From NCBI GenBank assembly GCA_043228905.1, contig JBHGNT010000016.1, forward strand, positions 14,942,001 to 15,006,000: DNA of 64,000 bases, written 5' to 3'. Below, in pieces: positions 27,381 to 39,708 of this stretch (its first letter is position 1; each line of letters begins with the position of its first letter). The DNA comes from Azolla caroliniana (lineage: Eukaryota > Plantae > Polypodiophyta). The notes beneath the pieces were generated by a model. That model was given only the letters and a program-made list of their open reading frames with translations. It did not search any database and was not told the origin of the DNA. The translations under genes were made by a program, and so were the position numbers.

Positions 27381-30300
27381 TCCAAGGCTTCGATTATGAA
27401 AATATTGTTTTCAAGAAATCTCATCAATCAACCCTTATATTTTCAAGTAAGTGTGCTTTTGAGTATAGAATGTGATTTTGAATAAAGAAGAATGCACAGC
27501 TTTATGTATATAGATAGATAGATATCTATATAATGTATATAGATATGTTAGTAGTATCTGGAGCTTAATAATCTTGATATGGTCACCGTGTTCAAGGTTT
27601 CTTTTGCATAAATATTCTTTTGCTGCAAGAAATCTCATCATCAAACAACCCTTATGTTTTGAAAATAGGTATTAAAATATTAAGTGTGCTTGAGGTCAGA
27701 GATCCAGCTGATCTCTTTTCTTCCCTCCCTTCTCTCATAGTCACACTCTCAATTGCCAATTGCTGCAACAACTCTTAATAAGATTCTTGAAAGTGCTTGT
27801 AGATTTTACTTGCACATGTTTGCACTAACATCTATTTCTAGCATAATAAATGTTATTCGAAACCGAATAAAATTGTGACATCTTATAAATCACAAACATT
27901 TGAAACGCATACAAATTTGAAAGAGAATTGCTACTCGATAATCGGCTTTGGCGTCACACATAACTAGATTTGTATTGATGTTGTGACATGAAATGGTATA
28001 CCCATGAGTCTAGAGCTAATTAGATCTAGACAGAGGGTAACTTGAAGATGGTGGCATTCCACATCATCAACACCTTGGAATTGGCGATGATTTGGTATAT
28101 GTTTTTCTTTTTTGTTTTGTCGATGTTCTTGGGAAAGACATTTACTTACTTACGATGAGAAGAGTGAGTTTACCTGGGCCAAAGTTGATTTACTTTCGCT
28201 ATTCGAATTGACATGCAGTCGAATCGCTTGACATTTAGATTCGCCGGGCTCTCGTGCGTTCATGACATCTTACCTCTGCTCTCTAATCAGAAGCATAATC
28301 ACTTAACAAAAGAAATGGATTGTGATTTGTGGCGTTAATGGGCGATTGATAAGCAAATGTTATATATCATTTGAAGAATTTCGGGTCTCCTGTCTCCGTA
28401 TCTCTGTGTGGAATCATGGACTCCTGCTATAGTACTCATGAAAATGGCTAGCAATGCAGACCCTAGGGTTCCTAAAACATGAAGAATCGAGAAAAGGATT
28501 TGGGCTCTGTTGTAGTGTAAGGCCTGTGGAAGGAAGGACTTATCTGTGAAGTCACAAGACTTCGTGAAGTCTACATGATGATATTGTGAAGAGGGGTTTG
28601 CTTGAAAGTTGAAATAATATGAGGGTTCGGTTCGGTTCGGTTCGGTTTAGGCTTGCATCTAACATACGTCATAAAACATACACTGAACCAAACCAAACCG
28701 ATTCCTATACGAGGGGAGCAATGGTATGGTTGATATGTATGTTAGATGTGGTGGTCATGGAAAAGCAAGAGTTGTGCTTAACAAACTCTACGAAAGCTCA
28801 AAGTCGAGTTCCGTAGGTTGAATGAAGAAAGAGCAACTATCAGCAACAAATGATATGGAGGAAGATGAGTTGCAAGAGAAATGTTGGAAGTCTCGAAAAC
28901 TAGTAGTTTTTTTGGATGGGGTCCAGTGTTTGAAGAGCACATGCACATGAATGTCCTCCAAGAAAACAATTGAAAACTTGGGACTCAATCTAAAGGCCTA
29001 TATAGGGTGTGAGACAAGTGTGATAACGAACTACACCATTCGAATGCAACCATTTATAAACGAAAGATGTACACATCCAAAAAGAGAGGTTGAAAATATT
29101 GACGAAATTGACCCTTGAGGATTCACAATCCAAGAGCCAAACTTGAGTTGTCTAGTGTGATAATAGCACACCCCAATAAGGTGCAATCAAATATTTGAAT
29201 ATCTATTATACATAATTCTTTGACTTCAAAAACTGCTTGCCAAATGAAACTAGAAATATAATAGAAGTGTACATTTGTCTCTTGAAAATACTTGAACTAG
29301 AGATCCTTAGTGCGTGAAACTAGGTTGATAACAATTACACCATATAGACATAATCAAACTCTTGCAAGAGACATAATCAAACTACCCCCAAGAATAAGTA
29401 CATTAGAATAGAGATATAGAAAATAAGATGAAATAGACCATTGTCCTCTAGCATGTGAAACAAATGCAATTACCAACTACATCATTTGCACAAAATCAAA
29501 ATTTTAATACAAATTAAACTCTTGAGGATGCTTACAAGATCGATAGACCTTTTTCAGTTTAAGATAAATTCCTAGTGTAAATTTGAAACTTCTAGCATGT
29601 AAGATGAGGGTGACAACCAACTCCATGCAAGAATACATATTGTTTTCAAAAATTAACTTTTCAAACTATGAAGGCATTAGGAAACCAATAATATGAATAT
29701 AAGTAAAATGTACATTTTTCTCATGAAGATGTTTGAACTAGGGATTAGGAAATCAATAATGAAATGGTACATTTTTACCCAAACCTAGATTGACACTAGA
29801 GATCTCCTACATTTTGTGTGTGACTAGCATGATAACCAACTATGCCATTCAAGCATAATCAACGTGCTAACAATTTGAATATGAGAAAAAAAAATCGACA
29901 AATCTAAGAAAAATGTTTTCACTTGAATATATCAGAACTTCGACTCAAATCGCAAACCTCTAGTTTGTACATGCGAAAAAATATTCTGAAAGTATAAGAA
30001 AATATGTTCTTTTTTACTTGAAGCTATGGAAAATTCTCGTGTGTAAGACTAGCGCGAATACCAACTATAACGACATGGATATTAACAAGGTTTATGATTT
30101 TGTAGTTTTAAGCAAAATAGACTTTTGTCACTTGAAGGCGCATGAACTAGAGACCTCTAGTGTATACGACTAGCATGATAATAAACTAAAGCAATTATAC
30201 TTAATTCAATTTGTTATATGTTTAACTCCAAGACCATTTATGAGGAATGCATAGATTAGAGAAGAGATATTGGACCTAAGCCAACATAAGATCTCCTTTT

Positions 30301-31607
30301 TTGCATACCTTAATCACTCTTGTGTATACATATATATATCTATACATCCCTAATAAGCTTTGGTCTAGAAGTATAAAGTGTTCCATTGTTAGTAGCTTTG
30401 TGTTTAGTTGGTTATTTCATTTGTATTTTCCTTGTTTTAAACATTCATTTTAGTTAAAGTACACAAGAAGTTTGATAATATGCGTTAACGATTGAAAGCT
30501 CTTTGCAAAAGTAAAGCATTTATAAGACCAAGAGAGAGTTTATTAATAAGTGAGATCTTAAGTAACGTAGGAAAGCTCGCGCTGGTGATTGACATCCACC
30601 ATTGCTTGCCTCACCAACAACAAAGAGTGTGGTGTCTTGACAACCACAACAATATAATGCGAAAGTAAAAATTAGTCATTGCATTGACCCTACAACATTG
30701 GAACTACTACGAAGGATTAAGGCAAACATTATTGAGCATTTTGTGAGCTTTTCGTAAGTTGCCAAGGGATGTAATACTTAGGAAGAAGCACTCAATTCTC
30801 AATCTCTAGCTTTTCTTAGTTTGATCCTTTGGTGTGTGATCTTTGTCTAGTTTTTTTTCAATCAATTGATTTCTTCGTAATCACCATTTTTTTGTTAATT
30901 ACCATAAATAAGTGCAAAATTTAAAAATACAAATCATCACAACTTATGCCAAAAGTTGCCCAAGTGACAACTTTGGTGCTAAATTTCAAATGTTTTACCA
31001 AACACCTACCTTGTCGATGAAGGAACACAATATATCAAGAGACTTCCTATCGATGGAAGGAACTCTCTATTTGTGAAAGGATTGTCACTCAACAAGGAGA
31101 CTTTATACATATGAAGAGACTCGCCTACAAAGTGACTTTCTTGCAACAAAAGAAACTCTCTACCTACGAAAGGTTGTTTTCAACGAAGAGACTTACATAT
31201 AAAACGAAGAAACTTTTATTGAGGGTGGGCCTAAATTAAATAGCTCATTCCATGGGACCTTCCTTGTGACGTTCTTTAAATTGTGTGTGTGTGTGTGTGT
31301 TCAAAAAGGAGCTATAGGAATGTACAGATGAGTATGTACATATATACTATTTTTTACCCACTCGTATGTTCAAGTGTGTGAGGCTTCACATGTTTGGGCG
31401 CTCAAGCATTCATGTGTTGGTTGATTGAATGCTCAAGCATTTGGGCGTTCTAGTGTTCGGTCATTAGCATTCACACGTTTAAGCGATTGCATGATAGCAT
31501 TTGCATGGGAGTTGTGGTGTTCTACGGTTTGGGTGATCGATAATTAGAATTGTATGTCAAACAATTTTGAGGTAATTGAAAATTTTCCTTTGCCTCTAAT
31601 ATTCTTT

Positions 31608-31739
31608 GGAAATTGGTAAATTCACAGTTTTTTCCGTATTTTCATAGTTTTTTTGGGGGGATGGGTGCAAATAATCATATTTATGAACTCAAAAAAAAAC
31701 TATGAAAATACGGAAAAAACTGTGAATTTACCAATTTCC
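31608..31739. mobile_element. 132-bp MITE / fold-back element (Mutator- or hAT-like)
   Basis: Perfect 47-bp inverted arms beginning GGAAATTGGTAAATTCACAG around a 38-nt spacer, flanked by the 8-bp direct repeat TATTCTTT (31600-31607 and 31740-31747). Confidence 0.85.
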
Positions 31740-31958
31740 TATTCTTTTCTTCTCTAGGTCATTTGAGAGGAGAGAATAACTTAAATGCATGAAAATAAAA
31801 ATGGATGTAATAATAACAAATAGGGTAAATTTAGAGAGAAAGATGAACCCAAAAGAAAAAACTTGAAAACACAACCATCCAACAAATGTTGAGTCGTGAT
31901 TTAGATTAATTAAAATAATCACCATTATGGAAAACCCCCATTTTAATCAAAGAAAGAG

Positions 31959-32002
<44 letters not shown>

Positions 32003-33894
32003 TTTGTTGTAAGTCGAGTGATTAGGGATAAGTGCTACTTAGCCAAACCCTAATTACCCCTTCCCATCGATGTTGAAAGCTTGGAGCCGACACAATATTT
32101 CATGAGCAATACCAAAGCTATACTCATTTATCCTATTCTCAATTGAGTAACTTTGATTATGGGGTTTGAACAAACACTAATAACCCATACATGAACAATA
32201 GGAGGTGCATTGTTTATGGTTGAGATAGGGCAAATAGACTGACCATTGTTATATAAGCAAGAATTTTGGCACATATTCTAAGGTTTAGCCAATAGCTACA
32301 ATCAATCATATATAAGAGCCTAATTACGAGGGTGTTTTGGCATGTATCTACCCCTTCCCTAGAGTTGGTTCTTGAGGAAAAGCATGATAGTGTGATACAA
32401 AAGATAGTGCCCTTGATAATACGTAAAATCCACTTTCAATGGAGTTAATTCGTAAAATCCTAATTCGCCTGTGCAATTTCCTTCTTATTCCAATTGAGCA
32501 CGAGTTTCAAAAGAACACAATGTTATTGGTGTAACACCCCCTCTAGTAAATTGAGAATTGACTAAACAAGAGGATATCAATGCACAAAGTATGTTTGGGA
32601 ATGTGCAATAAGAAGAGAATGAAGCCCTTTGCTAAAATGGTTGGGGATTATCTTTGAAATAATATGTTAAAATTTGAAAACATTTTGGAAATCAAATGTG
32701 TCATTATCTCCATGTTAGATATTAGTCAAGATCTAAGTGTAATGTGAATATTGCAAAAATTGCCACATTTACTTTCTTGATCGAGGAATGCATATGAATC
32801 TAGTTAGTGGATATTCATTAAAGATCAAGTCATTATTACAAGAGAAACGTGCATTCCTTGTGTTATAATACCATTGGTTTAGAGTTTTCAATGCACTTTC
32901 CATGAGAAACAAGATTATGATAGTGACACAATAGAATTTAAAGTGATCCATGATCAACAAATAGTTTTAAATAAAGGGAAACGAAGACCATTCATCTTGG
33001 TGAAAACATGTTGAGAGTTTGCTTGCTAAATGGAGTAAATGCATTACATCTCTATCTATATCATTTCCTAACACGGTTAAACTTATGCGGTCACTAACAA
33101 AAAGCGCATTACATGTGTAGTAGTGTTGACTAATACATATCTAATGTAAAACAAATTGATGTTGGTACAATTTTTTATTCGAGCCGAAACTGCCACGTTG
33201 ATGTGTAGTCAAATCAATTTCTAAGCTTGAATCCTGATCACATATAAGAGAACATATTATTAGATTGATGACATGTGAAATTAAATTCCATATATTTTTT
33301 TCTCATGCATGAAATCCAAAAGCCATTATCTTAAAATGAATAATATCTAGAAAAACAAAAGATAGATGAACCCTACCAAAAAACTATTTAGTTCCAAGTT
33401 CCAACTCTTGTGTCAGGTTTGGGCCTTTCTAGAGGCTTCAAACAATTAGTAAGTTCTTAAACTAAAGATACATATAGTAGCCCCATTAGGATAAAAGACT
33501 AGAAGATGGGTCTATGTTTATATGGCCGACACAAAGCATCATAACAAGCCACAAACTTAGTTCATTTAGAATTTTTGATAGACACTTACAAACTTTTGAA
33601 ATCTTTGTCTATATATTATATGTTATAAATTGTTCACAATGTGTAAAGAAAAAACATATCATAAAATACTAGATCATTCGAGTTTATCCTATGCTACCCT
33701 TATACATTTCTATAGACATGCCCAATTATCAACGCATTGTTGTTTTTCAATGCCCATCATACATCAATGCAAGTTTTTTTTACTCATATGTTTGAACAAG
33801 AGTTGAATAATCAACTAAAGTTATTTTAAAACATTATAGCCATTTATAATCAAACGAATACTCTATGTGATAAAACACATTCATAGACCCAATT

Positions 33895-34290
33895 TTATAT
33901 TTTTAAAATAAGAGAATGTGCGTGACTACCATTGCACTTTGAGTTGGAGGTGGGGATTTCAACGCCACATGTCTGCATCACATTCTTCATAGCTTGTTGA
34001 TTAATGAGAGATGAGAGGTAAGACATAGATGAGGCGGCACGGCTACAGAGGCACGAGAAAGGCGTAACATGGAGGGAACTACAACAAGCATTATCAGAGT
34101 CAGGCATGGGTTGTGGGTTTGAGCCCACAACGTAGGCCTCGCAAGAGCTAACAACGTTTTTCACACTCGAGTCATCACACAAGGAGCTTTGCTCGAGTGC
34201 GTCAACGTAAGGAGCTATGGTTAGGATAATGAGGAGCATGAGTGACATTAGGACCAACGAGTGGTGAATGAGATGGGTGGTTGGGGCCAT
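33895..34290 (-). CDS. Non-specific lipid transfer protein (8-Cys motif); probably spliced after the last Cys, so the 3' end is uncertain
   Basis: Signal peptide followed by C..C..CC..CLC..C..C; candidate donor G|GT 4 nt after the last Cys codon (~33930). Confidence 0.85.
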   Translation of the reverse strand: MAPTTHLIHHSLVLMSLMLLIILTIAPYVDALEQSSLCDDSSVKNVVSSCEAYVVGSNPQPMPDSDNACCSSLHVTPFSCLCSRAASSMSYLSSLINQQAMKNVMQTCGVEIPTSNSKCNGSHAHSLILKI

Positions 34291-34375
34291 GATGGGCTTG
34301 ATAGATACTAATGAATTAAATGGATGATGTCTAGTAAACTAACTTAATATATCTACTTGTGTTCTTGCTTGTGTG

Positions 34376-34383
34376 TTTATATA
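34376..34383 (-). promoter_or_regulatory. TATA box of the nsLTP gene
   Basis: CTCTATATAAAC about 90 bp upstream of the ATG. Confidence 0.55.
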
Positions 34384-34860
34384 GAGATCTTGACTCTTGA
34401 GAGAAAGTAGACATAAATGTTTGTCAGAGTGTTATGTGGCTATAAAAGAACTTGAAAGAAAGTGAAATACAAAGCCCCACGGATTCCTTTTTTATTTTCT
34501 GTGGCCCTCCTTCATCACATCGTACAATGCTCCATCCGTGAATCTCTCTCGGTTCAAAATCTCTTTTTCCTCTTCTTTGACCTAGAATATTCCCATTTTT
34601 TTACTGGAATATTCCTAGCTTTTTTACTCCTCAAAAGGATGTTTGATTCAAATGTGTTTCCAATCCATACATACTATAAACTTAGCAAATTTACCGCTTG
34701 AGCGACATATGTTGCAATCCAATTTGCAAAAAGAATTTATCTCGGCTTGTGCCACTTGTTTTCATTCAATTAACGAATAGCCACGTTTTCATATAGTAGG
34801 CAATGGGATTACCTATCAAATGGATTTATGCCACATGTCTCTAATAGTTGCATGTTTAAT

Positions 34861-35156
34861 AAATAAGCCACATGTCATGATCCACAACACATTAACATTT
34901 TGGTTTGTGTGACATGTTAGTGTCAATCGCAAAGCTATGTTGGCTCATCCAATTTGTGATTGTCCGATCATCCAATCAGCTATAAAGGAGGTTTTGATTT
35001 GATCAACCTTTTAAATAAGCCATGTGTCATCATCCGAAACACACTAACATTTTGGTTTGTGTGACATGTTAGTGTCAATCGCAAATCTATGTTGGCTCAT
35101 CCAATGTGTGATTGTCCAATCAGCTATAAAGGAGGTGTCGATTCGATCAACCTTTT
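34861..35156. repeat. Tandem duplication of an ~150-bp unit
   Basis: AAATAAGCCA...TTTGGTTTGTGTGACATGTTAGTGTCAATCGCAAA...GATCAACCTTT starts at 34861 and again at ~35013. Confidence 0.85.
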
Positions 35157-37629
35157 ATGCCACATGCATGTCCATTTCATGTTGCGAGTCTTGCAACAAC
35201 GTTTGATGATCTAATATGTGCATGCACGTATCATCATCCCTCCAGTAATCATAAAATATATCTACCTACCTACCTATATATAGATGGGTAGATAGATAGA
35301 TAGATAAATAGATAGATTATGGATATAGGGATAGCTTACAAGCCATAATTATTAAATCCTATGATCCACAAGCCGAGATCCTTGGTGTCACCACATACAA
35401 ATGTTAAGAATCGAGTTAAATATACACGTCAATCGAGAGAGAAACTGCAATAACCGTTTCGTAATGTGAGGGCGAACCATTCAACCTCCTACCCATGCAT
35501 CATCAACTTGATCCTAACCGAAAGCATGCTTAGATTCTCACTCAAGTCACAATTTGAATCATGTGAGTCGAGAAGTCAATGGCTACACATTGTCTTGCAC
35601 AAAGGGCATATATAGGGGTGGTTGACTAACGATTGTTCCACCATTTCTTGGGGATGTTTCACCCACATTTACTCACTATGTTACAAGCTCAATCAATCCT
35701 ACACATTTCGGATGAACCCACATTTATCATTCTCATAGGCCAAATGTTGCACATTCCTTAATAGAAGAGCCTTTATAAACTGTCATGTTATCCACTGAAG
35801 TAGACCAAAGCAATAATGCATTGCATTTACATACGAGACAAAACTTCATCAAATGTCACACACCCACACTTATGTATATATAAATTGAAGGTATCTTTGA
35901 GATGAGTTTCGAGGCCTCCCACAACAAAATGAGCTGCCATTCTGATTTTGTCATAATCCGGAGATCCTCTGGTTAATCTCCAATGAAGGGAGGGACCAAG
36001 GAAATAATGAAAACCCAGTTGCAGTAGCTTTGAGATATGAACACATAAATGTATGAAAACTAACTAGAAGAGAGAAAAGTTCATCTAATGGATGAAATTG
36101 AATCATTACGATTGAATAATAAATGACTTCACTCAACAGATTGTTTTACACTCGTTCTAGAAGTGCTTTCTGTGACACAAAACTAATCTAGACACACAAA
36201 TGCAAGATTGTTGAAAAACTTCTTTAGATGCCATCCATCCATTCATTAGATAAAATGGCATGAAATATCCACAGAATGTAAAAGCAACTTGGAGATAAAT
36301 ACCTAATGGATTTGAGCAGAAAATCTTCTGACCCATCCATACTGAGATTTTTGTTGCAAGATGTATTACTGTTGTTATTAATTATATTATTATGATTCAA
36401 AATCCCAGTATCCGCCATGGGATAGTGTGTTGTTCTTTGCTTATTTTCAGAATCTTCTGAATAAAATTAATGGATTTGAGCAGAGGAAGTCTTCTGATCA
36501 ATCCATACCTTTTATTCTTTACTATCATCCAATTTCTCAATCTCTACATTTTAGACGGCTTTGTTTTCTTTGCTTATTTCAGCATCTCTTAAGGAAGATG
36601 CTGTTGGCTTCTTCTTATTTAGTTGTTTCTTTAATTTCTGATGCAACAGTGGAACTTTTCTTGGAGAAGCACACAAGTTCTGTGATTGAAACGGGATCCT
36701 CTGTTGATTCTTCATAAGCCTATGGATTAGCTCCTCATCTTCCTTTTGCACCCCTTCACAGAAGTTTCTCTTGCCCATGACCCATATCAGTCGAAGAGCC
36801 TGAAACTTTTCTGGCTCTATTGAGGTTTTAGACTTGTTTTTTGAGAATATATCATCTTTTCTTGCTTGCCTGTGATTTTGATGCATTTTCCTGAGATCTT
36901 ACCCCTTCTTTACTACGCAAGTTCTTGCGTCCATGATGAGTATTATTTCTACCATCATTTCGAGATTGTAACTCTTTTATCAGTCTATTTGACACCAGTT
37001 TTATTGTCTTTTCATGAGGGATTGGCTTTTTATCTAGTTTGTTTAACTCACATTATGTCTTTTGCAAGTTTCTATGGTTGTAATCAATATCTAGTTTCTA
37101 TGGCTGCAAAAGACATCATATGAGGTAAACAAACTTAGATAAAAAGCCAAAATCCCTCAAAAAAAAGACAATAAAACTGGTGTCAAATAGACTAATAAAA
37201 AGAGATGCAATCTCTAAAAGATGGTAGCAATAATTCTCAGCATGGCCGCAGGAACTTGCGTTTTCATTTTCGGCATCATCATCACCTTCTTCTTCCTTCC
37301 CTCTTCTTCTGCTTCCACCTTCGGGTCTTTCTTTCTTCTTCTTCTTCTTCTTCTTCTTCTTCGACTCCTTCACATGCTAATCTGTAGCAGCTTCAGCTTT
37401 CCTGTGTAATCTCTAGCTTCTGGTGCTGTTTCTTCTTCCCCTTCTTCAGATGTTCATCTATCGCAGCTTTTCCTGTGTAATCTTCAGCTTCTTCTTTCTT
37501 CTTCTTCTTCTTCGACTCCTTCAGACAAACGTTCGTTCATCTGCCGCAGCTTTCCCTGTGCAACCTTGTCGAGCTTCGTCTGATGGTTTTCCCCGCTCTC
37601 CCCTCCCCCTCTCTTCTGCTTCTGCTTAA

Positions 37630-37935
37630 CAATCGGCAACGGTTCGGTTTGGAACCGAACCGTTAAACATGTTTGAAACCGTTAAAACCGCGGTTTCGGT
37701 TTTCAACATAGGTCTAATTTTTTATTTTTAAAACTTTATAGTATTTCATTATTTAGAATTTTTAAGATGTTCTAAAACGTGAGAATGTTTAAAAAAAATT
37801 TTTAAAAAAAATTTAATTTTTTTTTAAAAATTTACAACCGTTTAAACCGCAGTTTTGACTGCCGAACCCGAACCCAACCGTTGAAACCGTTAAGCCGTTA
37901 AAACGCGGTTTCGCGGTTCGGTAAAGAGAGCCATT
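37630..37935. mobile_element. Probable hAT-like DNA transposon terminal region
   Basis: Dense AACCG/CGGTT subterminal-type motifs in both orientations; decayed sequence continues leftwards to ~35.9 kb; no TIR pair identified. Confidence 0.4.
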
Positions 37936-38044
37936 AGGTTTCTTCTGCAAATACAAATACAAATACAAATACAGTTTTATATCCATCGGAATTACATGTT
38001 ACAAATTTACAAATACTAGAAAGATTATTGAAACTTCAAAGTAT

Positions 38045-39233
38045 TTGCATGAAGAGACTAAAAATAGATTGGAGAGATCTAAGGAAAGAGAGGTGAGACT
38101 AAGAAGATCGATAGCGGCTGCCCAAAGAATGCTCCAGAAAAATCCCAAGTGTCTTTGGTCAAGATCAGGTTTGGAGGCTGCCAAAGAAACACTACAGCGG
38201 CTGATTGTGTCAAGAAATAAGATGGTATTCAGGAGTTCAGCAGCTTGGTGGAGTAGGAATGGGGACAAGGTGAACCAACAATTTTTTAAGTTTAAAAAAC
38301 CGTGCACAATTGGTAACTTCATTCCTAAATTGATCAAGGAGGATGGTTCACTTTCAGAAGATGTATCAGAGATCATGGAGGCAGTCACATCTCACTATAA
38401 TGGGCTACTATCAAATAATTATAGTCTCCCAGACCAGCCCTCACTGGCAGAATTTGTATTGGAGGGAATGCAACCAAGAATTTCAGAGGTTGCACAAGTT
38501 AAGTTGTCAGGGCCATTCTTGGAAGAGGAGGTGTCAGATGCTCTGGCAAGTATATGTAGAACGTCTTGTCCAGGAGACGATGGATTATCAAAAGATTTTT
38601 ATGAAAAATTTTGGGAAATAATTAAGGTTGACCTGGTTGCTGGACTAAATGAGGCATGGGATGATGGGTACCTCCCTGAACATTTTAAAGAGGGACTAAT
38701 ATTTCTAATTCCTAAGGTAAAGGGTATAGTATCAGATGTGAGGCAATGGAGACCGATTACGTTGCTCAACACAATCTATAAGATTTTTGCTAATATGTTG
38801 GCCAAGAGGGTCAAACCCCACTTACATGCGCTAATTAATGTTGGACAAACAGGATTCATGGAAAATAGATGTATAATCGATAATGTGTTGACCTTTTGGG
38901 AAGCGATTGCCCTGGCGAAGAAAACCAATCAACATATTGCATGCCTCATGCTTGACTTTGAGAAGGCATATGATAGAGTACAATGGCCTTTTTTAGACAA
39001 AGTCATGGAGCGGTTGGGACTACCCTCAAAATGGAGAGCAGCTGCGTTGGCGCTTTACAAAGGAAGCTTGAGTAGGGTGTTGGTACTAGGGCAACGGGGC
39101 CCATCAATTCCATTATGCAAGTCTGTCAGACAGGGGTGCCCATTGGCCCCCTACCTTTATTTATTTATCTCAGAGGCATTCTCTTTCTTTTTAAATAGAC
39201 CGGATGCAGGAATTCGAGGTTCGGTTGTCCCAC
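38045..39233 (+). CDS. LINE ORF2 reverse transcriptase, N-terminal part (no endonuclease domain)
   Basis: PGDDG, WRPITLLN, QTGF, DFEKAYD and QGCPL motifs; cut by the LTR at 39234. Confidence 0.9.
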
Positions 39234-39366
39234 TGTCAGGAACTCTATTAAGGCAGAGAAGGAATTAGTACTAAAAGAAGGATTAGTACTATTGTTGGGG
39301 AATAGTACTAAGACAGAGAAGGATTAGTACTATGAGAGGTGTCGAACTTTGAGAGAAGGAATGAGT

Positions 39367-39418
<52 letters not shown>

Positions 39419-39708
39419 TGATGCGAAAGATATATGTATTATATGACGGAAGATATACAACAGTAGTTAGAAGGCTTAAGACTGGCGTTGAACCGATTTG
39501 GTTCGAACTAATGCCTTGCGCCTCCTTTTATAGTGTCTTCAGGAATACTCCTGAAGTTTCTAGAATGTTCCAGAGAAATCTGGAATATACATCAATTTCC
39601 TAATAAAACCTAAATGAAAATAATATCCTTCAAATTACAACTCATAACCTAATGGTAAAGTCTCGACCCGTGTAACAAAAGGTTATGGGTTCGAGTCTAG
39701 TTATGACA
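39234..39708 (-). repeat. 3' LTR of the outer chromovirus (475 bp)
   Basis: Matches 51283-51749 except (GA)22 versus (GA)18. Confidence 0.97.

Noticed and set aside
28620-28702. (GGTTC)n ... (AACCA/G)n imperfect inverted repeat
   Set aside because: Probably a small hAT-like MITE relic; no clear TSD
37116-37629. Lys-, Ser- or Leu-rich short ORFs
   Set aside because: Translations of (CTT)n tracts
39415-39603. Identical small ORFs at 39415 and 51414
   Set aside because: They are the two LTR copies read antisense, not genes
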